A DNA stretch of 24,000 bases from Marinomonas phaeophyticola (GTDB lineage: Bacteria > Pseudomonadota > Gammaproteobacteria > Pseudomonadales > Marinomonadaceae): the NCBI RefSeq assembly GCF_026966905.1, contig NZ_JAPUBN010000017.1, positions 31,358 to 55,357 on the forward strand, read 5' to 3'. Every line of letters begins with the position of its first letter. The first letter of the stretch is position 1. Under the pieces are notes generated by a model, which was given only the letters and a program-made list of their open reading frames with translations, had not been told where the DNA came from and searched no databases. The position numbers and the translations under genes were made by a program. This document shows, piece after piece, positions 10,158 through 18,484 of this stretch.

Positions 10158-11450
10158 TTAATGCAGTTTCATTTTTGGTTTAACCGCTTTACTGATTTTT
10201 TTAACAATCATAATCAGTACCGCTTTGACCCAACCATGAATGGCGATTTGGTGCATTCTATACAGCGAGACATAGACAAAACGAGCAATTCGCCCTTCTA
10301 TAAACATAGACTTATTCGACAAGTTCCCCATTAAGCTCCCCACAGTACTGTAGCGGCTCAAATTCACCAATGACCCATGATCATGATAGACAAATTCTTT
10401 TAATGGCTTATCGGTGAAGCTAGCTACTATGTTGCTATACACCAATGATGCCATTTGATGAGCGGATTGCGCTCTTGGTGGAACAAAGCGCCCATCTTCC
10501 TGTTCATAGGCACAACAGTCCCCAATCACATAGATAGAGTCCATTGACTTCGCTTGCAAGTGGGAATCCACTAAAATTTGATTGGCTCTATTTAACTCCA
10601 ATCCTTTAATCTCTTTAATGAAATCAGGCGCTTTAACTCCAGCCGCCCATACCATAAGGTCAGCCTCAAGCATTTTATCTTCCGCCGTCAGGAACCCCGT
10701 TTCTGTCGACTTGACTATCCGAGTGTTTTCATTGACTTGCACACCAAGTCGAGACAGTTCTTTACGGGCTAATGTGGCTATGCGTTCTGGCAATGCCGGT
10801 AAGATTCTGTCTCCTGCCTCAATCAAACTGACTTCCATGCGCCTCGAGGACATATTCCTCATACCATAGGCTTTCAGTAGATCCGCCACATGATTCAGTT
10901 CAGCCGCCAGTTCAACTCCCGTTGCCCCCGCACCAACAATAGCCAATTTAAGTTTAGCGTCATTATCACTGGTTTGGTGAACCCGTAAAAATTGATTCAA
11001 AAGTGCCTGTTGAAAACGCTCCGCTTGCTTATGAGAATCCAGGAAGTAACAATTTTCTTTTACTCCAGGTGTGCCAAAATCATTACTGACACTGCCCACA
11101 GCCAATACTAAAATATCATAAGATAAGGAACGTATTGGAAGGATTTGATGGTTTTCCTCATCCACTAAAGCTTCTAATTCAATGCTTTTTTCTTCAGCGT
11201 TCATACCAATCATGGTGCCGAGCTGATATTGATAATAATGACGAGCGGAGTGGGCACGATAATTAATACCATCCGTATTAATGTCAAGTGAACCGGTAGC
11301 CACTTCGTGCAGTAAGGGTTTCCATATATGAGTGCGGCTTCTGTCTACAAGGATAATTTCGGCTAACCCGCGTCTCCCTAATTTATGACCGAGTTTGGTG
11401 ACTAATTCAAGTCCACCAGCGCCACCGCCAACGACTATGATTCTTTTCAT
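10158..11450 (-). CDS. ndh: Type II NADH:quinone oxidoreductase (NDH-2)
   Basis: 430 aa. It has two dinucleotide-binding folds (RIIVVGGGAGGLELVTKLG and LAIVGAGATGVELAAEL) plus the IYVIGDCC motif typical of Ndh. Confidence 0.93.
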   Translation of the reverse strand: MKRIIVVGGGAGGLELVTKLGHKLGRRGLAEIILVDRSRTHIWKPLLHEVATGSLDINTDGINYRAHSARHYYQYQLGTMIGMNAEEKSIELEALVDEENHQILPIRSLSYDILVLAVGSVSNDFGTPGVKENCYFLDSHKQAERFQQALLNQFLRVHQTSDNDAKLKLAIVGAGATGVELAAELNHVADLLKAYGMRNMSSRRMEVSLIEAGDRILPALPERIATLARKELSRLGVQVNENTRIVKSTETGFLTAEDKMLEADLMVWAAGVKAPDFIKEIKGLELNRANQILVDSHLQAKSMDSIYVIGDCCAYEQEDGRFVPPRAQSAHQMASLVYSNIVASFTDKPLKEFVYHDHGSLVNLSRYSTVGSLMGNLSNKSMFIEGRIARFVYVSLYRMHQIAIHGWVKAVLIMIVKKISKAVKPKMKLH

Positions 11451-11554
11451 AAGTGAATTACCTTTAAGTTAAATTTTCTGAAAAAGCGTCTTCAAAAAAC
11501 GTTTTTTCAGAGAATTCAAAAAAGTAATTACCAATAAAAACTCACGATAGAAGA

Positions 11555-12001
11555 CTAACGCCTTCTAATCAATAACTTGTCTAGTGCATTTGCAAACGCG
11601 GCCCTATCTTGATGGTTAAAGCTATCAGGCCCTCCTATATGCTCTCCCGTGCTGCGCATTTGCTCCATGAAATCCCTCATCGCTAAGCGCTGCTTAATAT
11701 TCTCCTTAGTATAAATTTCTCCACGGGGGTTAATAGCAATGGCCTTTTTCTCAATGACATCCGCAGCCAAAGGTATGTCTGCCGTAATCACTAGATCGTG
11801 CTCTTCTACATGATCAACAATGTAGTTATCCGCTTCATCAAATCCTTGAGAAACTTGCTGTCGACTGACCCATTGAGATGGAGGTATGGCAATGAGTTGA
11901 TTGGCAACCAGTATGCATTCAATTTTCACTCGCTCAGCCGCACGAAATAGAATCGTTTTAATTACATTGGGACAAGCATCCGCGTCTACCCAGATTTTCA
12001 T
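11555..12001 (-). CDS. yaiI: UPF0178 / DUF188 protein YaiI family
   Basis: 148 aa. It starts [11 protein letters not shown] and contains the ...[10 protein letters not shown].. pattern characteristic of YaiI/YqxD. A Shine-Dalgarno AGAGG lies 7 nt upstream. Confidence 0.85.
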   Translation of the reverse strand: MKIWVDADACPNVIKTILFRAAERVKIECILVANQLIAIPPSQWVSRQQVSQGFDEADNYIVDHVEEHDLVITADIPLAADVIEKKAIAINPRGEIYTKENIKQRLAMRDFMEQMRSTGEHIGGPDSFNHQDRAAFANALDKLLIRRR

Positions 12002-12111
12002 TAGACAACCTCTTTACCACAGTAGGACACATTATTCACCTTCAGAGACACTTTATCCAGAGGCAAGCTCATTAAGTCGCATTATTTATTAAGTTTGTGA
12101 GAAAAAATCGA

Positions 12112-12145
12112 AAAGGACCAATTTAGTCTACTAAATTGGTCCTTT
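12112..12145 (-). terminator. Rho-independent terminator of the ETF-QO gene
   Basis: 15-bp perfect stem (aaaggaccaatttag / ctaaattggtccttt) with a 4-nt loop. On the minus strand it is followed by UCGAUUUUUU. It lies 45 nt after the stop at 12190. Confidence 0.85.
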
Positions 12146-12189
12146 AAAAATGCGTTTAAGCAATGAGAACAATAAAGGTGCTTACCTTT

Positions 12190-13839
12190 TTACATATTTG
12201 GATAATTTGGTCCACCAGAACCTTCAGGTGTCACCCAAGTAATATTTTGAGCAGGATCCTTAATATCACAAGTCTTGCAATGAATGCAGTTTTGACTGTT
12301 CACCTGAAAAACGGACTCATTCTCCTTCTCAACCACCTCATACACACCAGCAGGACAATAACGTTGTGCCGGTTCAGCATACTGAGGCAAATTCTGTTTA
12401 ATAGGAATATCTGCATCTGTCAGGCGTAAATGACTCGGCTGATCTTCCTCATGATTCGTATTCGATAAAAACACCGAGGATAATTTATCAAAACTGAGTA
12501 AACCATCCGGTTTAGGATACGCAATTTTTTTATGCTTATCCGCCTCTTCTAAAGACGCATAGTCAGGAATGACGTCCGTAAAATTAAAAGGTAACGCACC
12601 TGAACATAAGTTTTGATCAATCCAGTTATAAGCACCACCGAAAAAGGTCCCTAATTTGTGCATTACAGGAACAAAGTTACGGCTTTGACGCAATTCTTCA
12701 CCAACCCAAGAGTTATGAAATGCAGTTGTAAAGTTCGCAAGAGTACTCGGTGGGTTTTCTTGACCTAATGCAGCCACAATCGATTCGGCCGCCAACATAC
12801 CTGTTTTCATTGCCGTATGTGTGCCTTTAATTTTACCAGGATTCAAGGTTCCAGCATCGCACCCCACCAGCAAACCACCCTCAAATACCATTTCAGGTAA
12901 AGAGCGCAATCCACCTTTCGCAATCGCTCTGGCGCCATAAGAAACGCGCTTACCGCCTTTTAAATGATTGGCAATTAGAGGATGATGTTTATAACGCTGA
13001 AATTCATCATAAGGGCTTAAGTAGGGGTTTTTGTAATTGAGATCGGTAATTAGCCCCACAACCACTTGATTGTTTTCTAGGTGATATAGGAAACCACCGC
13101 CACCAGCTTCTTTTCCTAACGGCCAGCCAGCGGTATGAATGACAGTACCTGGTTTACTTTGCTCCGCAGGCACGTCCCATAGCTCTTTAATGCCCAAGCC
13201 GTAATGTTGAGGGTCAACCTTCTTATCTAAACCAAAGCGCTGAATAAGCTCTTTGCCTAAATGCCCGCGACAACCTTCGGCAAAAATCGTGTATTTCGCT
13301 TTTAATATCATCCCAGGCATATAGCCGTCTTTTTCAGAACCATCCGCCGCAACACCCATATCGCCCGTAATAATGCCTTCGACACGCCCTGATTCATCAT
13401 AAGATACATTTGCGGCCGTGAAGCCTGGAAACACTTCAACCCCTAATTCTTCCGCGCGTTCTGACAACCAGCGGCACAAATTCCCCAAACTAATGACATA
13501 ATTACCTTCATTATGCATCGTCTTCGGAATCATCCAATTGGAAAATTGACGACTGACTTTGTCATCATGCAACCAGTGCAACTCATCAACTTTTACTTCA
13601 GTATTCAGTGGCGCTCCGATTTCTTTCCAATTAGGAAACAGCTCCGTTAATGCAATAGGATCTACAACCGCGCCGGATAAAATGTGTGCTCCGACTTCTG
13701 ATCCTTTTTCAACCAAACAGACACTGATCTCTTTTTCTTGTTCTTGGGCTAATTGCATTATGCGACACGCAGAAGATAGACCAGCGGGGCCACCACCAAC
13801 AATAACCACATCAAACTCCATCACTTCACGTTCTAACAT
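12190..13839 (-). CDS. Electron-transfer flavoprotein:ubiquinone oxidoreductase (ETF-QO)
   Basis: 549 aa. It has the FAD fold FDVVIVGGGPAGLSSA and a C-terminal 4Fe-4S ferredoxin-like segment YCPAGVYE...NCIHCKTCDIKDP...W..PEGGGGP-like (GSGGPNYPNM). A Shine-Dalgarno GGAGG lies 4 nt upstream of the ATG. Confidence 0.95.
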   Translation of the reverse strand: MLEREVMEFDVVIVGGGPAGLSSACRIMQLAQEQEKEISVCLVEKGSEVGAHILSGAVVDPIALTELFPNWKEIGAPLNTEVKVDELHWLHDDKVSRQFSNWMIPKTMHNEGNYVISLGNLCRWLSERAEELGVEVFPGFTAANVSYDESGRVEGIITGDMGVAADGSEKDGYMPGMILKAKYTIFAEGCRGHLGKELIQRFGLDKKVDPQHYGLGIKELWDVPAEQSKPGTVIHTAGWPLGKEAGGGGFLYHLENNQVVVGLITDLNYKNPYLSPYDEFQRYKHHPLIANHLKGGKRVSYGARAIAKGGLRSLPEMVFEGGLLVGCDAGTLNPGKIKGTHTAMKTGMLAAESIVAALGQENPPSTLANFTTAFHNSWVGEELRQSRNFVPVMHKLGTFFGGAYNWIDQNLCSGALPFNFTDVIPDYASLEEADKHKKIAYPKPDGLLSFDKLSSVFLSNTNHEEDQPSHLRLTDADIPIKQNLPQYAEPAQRYCPAGVYEVVEKENESVFQVNSQNCIHCKTCDIKDPAQNITWVTPEGSGGPNYPNM

Positions 13840-13934
13840 ATCCCCTCCAGCACAGGTATAGTCTACTAATCATAGGATCAATAAGTTTTTAATACACGTT
13901 ATCTCGCTATCAACATCAGGCTGTAAACATATAA

Positions 13935-15722
13935 TTAGCGTACAAAGCTTGACGATGATAAGGATGATATGGATTCACTGCCCAACATAATAGCCTGATA
14001 GTAGCTATATGTGCGAGTCAATATATGCTGACAATAGAAATCAACTGATTGATTCCACGATGCTTTTTGTCTATCAGACAATACATCAGATGAGATCGAT
14101 TTAGATTGTGCCCTTACTTGTAGCCAACCCCCTATCGTATACCCCATTAGCATCATCAAGGAATAAGCGGATCCCGTTGCATCAATCGGATTATCATTCA
14201 TTCGTTGCAAACACACTTTCTGCGCTTCAGCCACCTCAACAAGAGCTGCTCTGACACGCTTTATATTATCTAGTAATGTCGAAGCGTCTGAGACTAGGTC
14301 CAGTTCAATTACAGAGAGTTCATTTTCAATATCCACCAGCAAGCGCTGAATGCCTTCACCTTGATCCCCCTGAAGTTTTCGACCAATTAAATCCAGAGAT
14401 TGAATGCCATTTGTGCCTTCGTAAATAGGCAAAATACGGGCATCCCTAGCATGCTGAGCAACACCTGTTTCTTCAATAAAACCAACACCACCATGTACCT
14501 GTACAGCTAAAGAGGTAATCTCTTGAGCTTGCTCAGTAATCCAACCTTTTACTATAGGAGTGAATATACCATTTCTCTCATTATGTAATTGCTTTGCCTC
14601 ACCATCGGCTAAGTTTGCCAAATCAATCTCTACCGCCGCAGTATAGACTAGGGAACGCATGGCATCGATTTGGCTTTTCATTGTCATTAACATCCTCAAT
14701 ACATCAGGGTGCTCTATGATTTCAACTTTTCTGGTGCAATCAGCACTCATTCCTTGCTTACGTTCTTGTGCATATTCTAATGCTTGCTGATAGGCTCTTT
14801 CAGAAATAGCCAACCCTTGTAAGCCAACCCCTTGTCGAGCATTATTCATCATAGTGAACATGGCCATTAAACCACGATTTTCTTGGCCTACTAAATAGCC
14901 AATAGCGCCATCATTATCACCAAAACTCATCACACAAGTTGGTGAAGCATGTATGCCTAATTTTTTTTCTACAGAAACAGGAATAACATCATTTCGTTCC
15001 GATGGGTTTCCGGATGCATCAAGAAGAAATTTTGGAACAATAAATAAAGAAATGCCTTTTACCCCTTCAGGCGCATCCGGCAAACGGGCTAAAACCAGAT
15101 GAACAATATTCTCTGTCATCTGGTGATCGCCCCAAGTAATAAAGATTTTCTGACCAAAAAGACGATAGTGATCGTCTTCAGGAATGGCTTTCGTTTGAAT
15201 GGCTGCTAAATCTGAACCCGCAGAAGGTTCCGTCAAATTCATGGAGCCTACCCATTCTCCGCTAATCATTTTAGGTAGATAAGTTTGTTTCAGCTCCTCA
15301 CTGCCATGGGTTTCTATGGCTTCAATAGCCCCTTGATTAAGTAAAGGACATAAAGAAAACGCTAAATTGGCGGCTTGTACTCCTTCACTTACTGCAGCTG
15401 ACAAGGCAAAAGGAAGCCCTTGACCTCCATATTCTTCTGCACCAGAAAGTGCACCCCACCCTCCCTCAACATACGCAGAAAAAGCCTCTTTAAACCCTTT
15501 TGCCTGGTGTACTTCACCTGCTATTATTTGAGAGCCTTCTTGGTCACCAGAATGATTAATTGGCGCGATAACCTGTTCACACAGTTTGCCAGCTTCATTC
15601 AGTATTGCATCAACTAAATCATCAGAGACCTCTTCTGAACGCAATGCATTTAAACGAGAGAAACCTGCTATGTGTTGTAAACTAAAAGTAATATCATTAA
15701 GTGGATAACGGTAATCGCTCAT
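13935..15722 (-). CDS. Long-form acyl-CoA dehydrogenase with extra C-terminal domain (about 595 aa, PA2815/DmdC-like class)
   Basis: 595 aa. It has ACAD N, middle and C domains (GSMNLTEPSAGSDLAAI, KIFITWGDH, IVHLVLARLPDAP.G.KGISLFIVPKF, IYEGTNGIQSLDL) followed by about 130 extra C-terminal residues, as in the long ACAD subfamily. Confidence 0.9.
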   Translation of the reverse strand: MSDYRYPLNDITFSLQHIAGFSRLNALRSEEVSDDLVDAILNEAGKLCEQVIAPINHSGDQEGSQIIAGEVHQAKGFKEAFSAYVEGGWGALSGAEEYGGQGLPFALSAAVSEGVQAANLAFSLCPLLNQGAIEAIETHGSEELKQTYLPKMISGEWVGSMNLTEPSAGSDLAAIQTKAIPEDDHYRLFGQKIFITWGDHQMTENIVHLVLARLPDAPEGVKGISLFIVPKFLLDASGNPSERNDVIPVSVEKKLGIHASPTCVMSFGDNDGAIGYLVGQENRGLMAMFTMMNNARQGVGLQGLAISERAYQQALEYAQERKQGMSADCTRKVEIIEHPDVLRMLMTMKSQIDAMRSLVYTAAVEIDLANLADGEAKQLHNERNGIFTPIVKGWITEQAQEITSLAVQVHGGVGFIEETGVAQHARDARILPIYEGTNGIQSLDLIGRKLQGDQGEGIQRLLVDIENELSVIELDLVSDASTLLDNIKRVRAALVEVAEAQKVCLQRMNDNPIDATGSAYSLMMLMGYTIGGWLQVRAQSKSISSDVLSDRQKASWNQSVDFYCQHILTRTYSYYQAIMLGSESISSLSSSSFVR

Positions 15723-15859
15723 TTTTTTATTCTCCGATTAGTACCGATAAAAAAGCACATTTATTTATCCAATATATTGACTGGCTTCAGCCTCTCACTC
15801 AATAACACATTTCCTCTAAATCAATGACAAAATCAATCAAACAAGTTTCAGTTAAGCCT

Positions 15860-16939
15860 TTATCCCTTGCTTACTTCCTTAAACCCCTTCTCGAATTTTA
15901 AGTACTCTTCATTTTTTCGATATTCGCCCGGCGTCACCCCAGTCCATTTTTTAAAAGAACGAAAGAAGGCCGATGGCTCATCAAAACCCATTAGCTGAGC
16001 GATATCACTAATACTTAGTTGAGGGGCATTCATATATGTAATGGCGGCTTCTTTGCGACATTCATCTTTAATCTGTTGATAAGAGGTTTTTTCCTCATTC
16101 AAACGTCGACGTAATGTGGATACACTCATATTAAGAGCTGACGCCACTTCATCAGCACTGAGTACATCCCTTGAAAAATCTTTACCTAACATAGACATTA
16201 CTTGTGATTTTAAACTGTTATCATTATCTACCATCACCAGTAATTGATATGGTGCTGTTTTTAGAAAACCTCTTAAACTTTCTTCTGTTTGAACAACTGG
16301 CAGGTCCAAATAGCTTGATGGGAAAACTAAGGCGTTCGCATGCTGGTTAAACTTTACTTCCGATTGAAATAGGGTTTTATAATAATCCAAGTCGTCTGGG
16401 CGTTCGCAAGTAAAATAAGCGGCCTTTAAGGATAAACGCCGTCCAATAAGCCAGCTAATAAAATGATGCCACATAGAGAGAGTCGTACGTAAACGGTCTT
16501 GTGACTCGGTATTCATGAGCGCTTCCACATCCTCTTCGGAAGCCGAATCTAATGGCGCAAACGTCACCATGGCATAACGACCTTTTTTGATTAATACCGG
16601 TTTAATGATTGGTCCTCGGCATATCTCATAAAAATCACTGCATCGATATAAAGAGTGGGCAAGAGAACGAGCATGGATAATACACAAGCACATCATTCTA
16701 AAGGTTCCGTTGGGGATTTTACCCCCACTTAACATGCCAAATGACTCGTCTTGCACTAGAAACATGATGTGCTGATATAGCAATCCATATTTATGAGCAG
16801 GAAAAGAGCTTCCAAACTCAATATCTTCCTTAGATATCTCCAGCGATGACAACAATGCGCCGCTATCAACTCCCTGATCTTCAAGCGCCTTCAATAAAAA
16901 ACGGACACTCGACATGGGAACAAACGCTTTTAAATTCAT
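15860..16939 (-). CDS. AraC-family transcriptional regulator with an N-terminal AraC-type ligand-binding-like domain
   Basis: 359 aa. It has a C-terminal double HTH (VSTLRRRLNEEKTSYQQIKDECRKEAAITYM...ISDIAQLMGFDEPSAFFRSFKKWTGVTPGEYR). It lies immediately upstream of the ACAD/ETF-QO genes on the same strand. Confidence 0.88.
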   Translation of the reverse strand: MNLKAFVPMSSVRFLLKALEDQGVDSGALLSSLEISKEDIEFGSSFPAHKYGLLYQHIMFLVQDESFGMLSGGKIPNGTFRMMCLCIIHARSLAHSLYRCSDFYEICRGPIIKPVLIKKGRYAMVTFAPLDSASEEDVEALMNTESQDRLRTTLSMWHHFISWLIGRRLSLKAAYFTCERPDDLDYYKTLFQSEVKFNQHANALVFPSSYLDLPVVQTEESLRGFLKTAPYQLLVMVDNDNSLKSQVMSMLGKDFSRDVLSADEVASALNMSVSTLRRRLNEEKTSYQQIKDECRKEAAITYMNAPQLSISDIAQLMGFDEPSAFFRSFKKWTGVTPGEYRKNEEYLKFEKGFKEVSKG

Positions 16940-16971
16940 TTAATCTCTCTTTAACACCAAGGTTCATCAAT

Positions 16972-16999
16972 AAAAAAGGCTGCGAAAGCAGCCTTTTTT
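16972..16999. terminator. Bidirectional rho-independent terminator after the small charged-protein gene
   Basis: The sequence aaaaaa-ggctgc-gaaa-gcagcc-tttttt forms a 6-bp GC-rich stem extendable through the A/T flanks. On the minus strand it is followed by U6, 44 nt after the stop at 17043. Confidence 0.85.
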
Positions 17000-17042
17000 A
17001 AAACGATAACGTTTGAAACAACCACCGCATTCTTTAATGCCC

Positions 17043-17384
17043 TTAAAAGGACTCAGAAAATGCATTCATCAAATCATTCGTTGTTAATTCGTCAGTTTGA
17101 TTTTCTTCTTCAGCGATTACGGTATCCACCGCAACTTCAGTAACAGGTGCTACAAAAGTAAACCGTCTCGGTCTCACTGTCGGTTTCGCTTCTTGAACTT
17201 CTGGTAACAAGCCTAATCGAGTCAATTTCTTTTGAGCTTGTTCTTTACGTAGATGCGCTTTTTTAACATGGAAACGGCGCGGCTCTTTTGATTTTTGAGC
17301 TTTACGCTGCTCTTTCATCATCTCTTTCGTGCCAGTTTTACCTAGTTTTCCACGCATTGTGCGTGATTTCTTTGATCGTGCCAT
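17043..17384 (-). CDS. Hypothetical small protein with a highly basic N-terminal two-thirds and an acidic C-terminal tail
   Basis: The ORF track starts at 17438. The ATG at 17384 has GAGGAA ending 4 nt upstream (agtGAGGAAatcATG), which gives 113 aa: MARSKKSRTMRGKLGKTGTKEMMKEQRKAQKSKEPRRFHVKK... ending ..AEEENQTDELTTNDLMNAFSESF. I do not recognise a family. Confidence 0.6.
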   Translation of the reverse strand: MARSKKSRTMRGKLGKTGTKEMMKEQRKAQKSKEPRRFHVKKAHLRKEQAQKKLTRLGLLPEVQEAKPTVRPRRFTFVAPVTEVAVDTVIAEEENQTDELTTNDLMNAFSESF

Positions 17385-17483
17385 GATTTCCTCACTATAT
17401 TGCAGGTAAATTGTAGCAGTCTTAAGCAGTGCCGTCACTGTACTTTACCAGTCAAAAAATAAACCAGCGCATTTAATTACTTT

Positions 17484-17927
17484 TTAACACTCAATTTGAA
17501 AAGTACGGTGCCCTATCTTACGTAATTTACCGACCTCTTTAACCAATTCTTTCACTTGATCCTGATCAGAGTTTGTTATCGCTACTTTAAGTTGTGAAAA
17601 TACATCAGAAGTTTTATCTATGGCATTTTGGTAGTCTGACGTGCGTTTAGCTAACTCTTCTCCTGATAATTCTTTCTCTAAGAAAAGGTAGGGTGTTTCA
17701 GATCGTGATAAGGTTAAGTTTTTCTGTATAGAATCAATTCTTATTAAGGCGTTTTGCGTTTTCCCCGTACGAATTTCAAAAGACAATGACTTCAGGTCTG
17801 TTTTCATGTCTTCCATATATTCATGTAATTTAGTCGACTCACATTGTCCATGACCATGAGCATAAACCGGTGCATTGAATGCCGCAACCATTAAGGATGC
17901 CGTTAACAGGGTTCTAAAGGAATTCAT
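17484..17927 (-). CDS. Periplasmic cytochrome b562-family four-helix-bundle protein
   Basis: Signal peptide MNSFRTLLTASLMVAAFNAPVYA. The mature protein aligns by eye with E. coli cytochrome b562: EYMEDMKTDLKSL versus DNMETLNDNLKVI (Met7 haem ligand), and KLRKIGHRTF versus TTRNAYHQKY (His102 ligand). The track start at 17945 is a TTG. The ATG at 17927, preceded by GGAGAG, is the more likely start. Confidence 0.7.
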   Translation of the reverse strand: MNSFRTLLTASLMVAAFNAPVYAHGHGQCESTKLHEYMEDMKTDLKSLSFEIRTGKTQNALIRIDSIQKNLTLSRSETPYLFLEKELSGEELAKRTSDYQNAIDKTSDVFSQLKVAITNSDQDQVKELVKEVGKLRKIGHRTFQIEC

Positions 17928-18121
17928 AATCGATTCACTCTCCAAAATATATTGCTGGTAATTTAAACTAAACCGTCGAGCAAGTTAAACGTCTTTACAG
18001 CACTTTTTCGAAAGCGAAGAAGATTTACATCTTCAGATACTTTTTATTCTAAAAACGGTAGACTTGGAAAATAATTAACGGCTAACTAAGACTTTTTATT
18101 TCACAAATAGAAATATACACC

Positions 18122-18418
18122 ATGCATTTATCTTTCTTAATACCTTATGCCATTCCTGTAGCGCTGGCTGTATCTAGCTTATCACTTTATGCCGAGTGCC
18201 GTGATTTAGACAGTATCAAGTCATCCAATGAAAAAGCTTTGAAACTCTTACCGGGGGAAGTTTTTTTACCTGGACGAGTATTAAAGAAACACCATCCAAG
18301 TGAGATAAAAGAAGTAGCCAGTTACATAAAATCTGGTGACCTATACTACACTGTCTTTTCGCATATAAATGCAGAATGTAAGGCCACATTAATAAAACGC
18401 ACCAACGGAAAACACTAA
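18122..18418 (+). CDS. Hypothetical small secreted protein (98 aa, two Cys)
   Basis: It is the only ORF in an AT-rich 540-bp gap. It has a hydrophobic N-terminus (MHLSFLIPYAIPVALAVSSLSLYA/EC) resembling a signal peptide, though without a basic n-region. There is no clear Shine-Dalgarno and I recognise no family. Confidence 0.4.
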   Translation: MHLSFLIPYAIPVALAVSSLSLYAECRDLDSIKSSNEKALKLLPGEVFLPGRVLKKHHPSEIKEVASYIKSGDLYYTVFSHINAECKATLIKRTNGKH

Positions 18419-18484
18419 CCGTGCCGTATCACCACTGATATAAAGTGGCGCTACGGCTACAGAATCGCGATCTAAAAATTACAC

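Noticed and set aside
12163-12429. 88-aa plus-strand ORF overlapping the ETF-QO 3' end.
   Set aside because: It is antisense to the conserved 4Fe-4S region of ETF-QO. It also begins inside the ETF-QO terminator region. It is judged a shadow ORF.
17385-17438. N-terminal extension (MTALLKTATIYLQYSEEI) of the small charged protein, as given by the ORF track.
   Set aside because: The internal ATG at 17384 has a good GAGGAA Shine-Dalgarno ending 4 nt upstream. The upstream ATG has none that I can see, and the extension would bury the Shine-Dalgarno inside the coding sequence.
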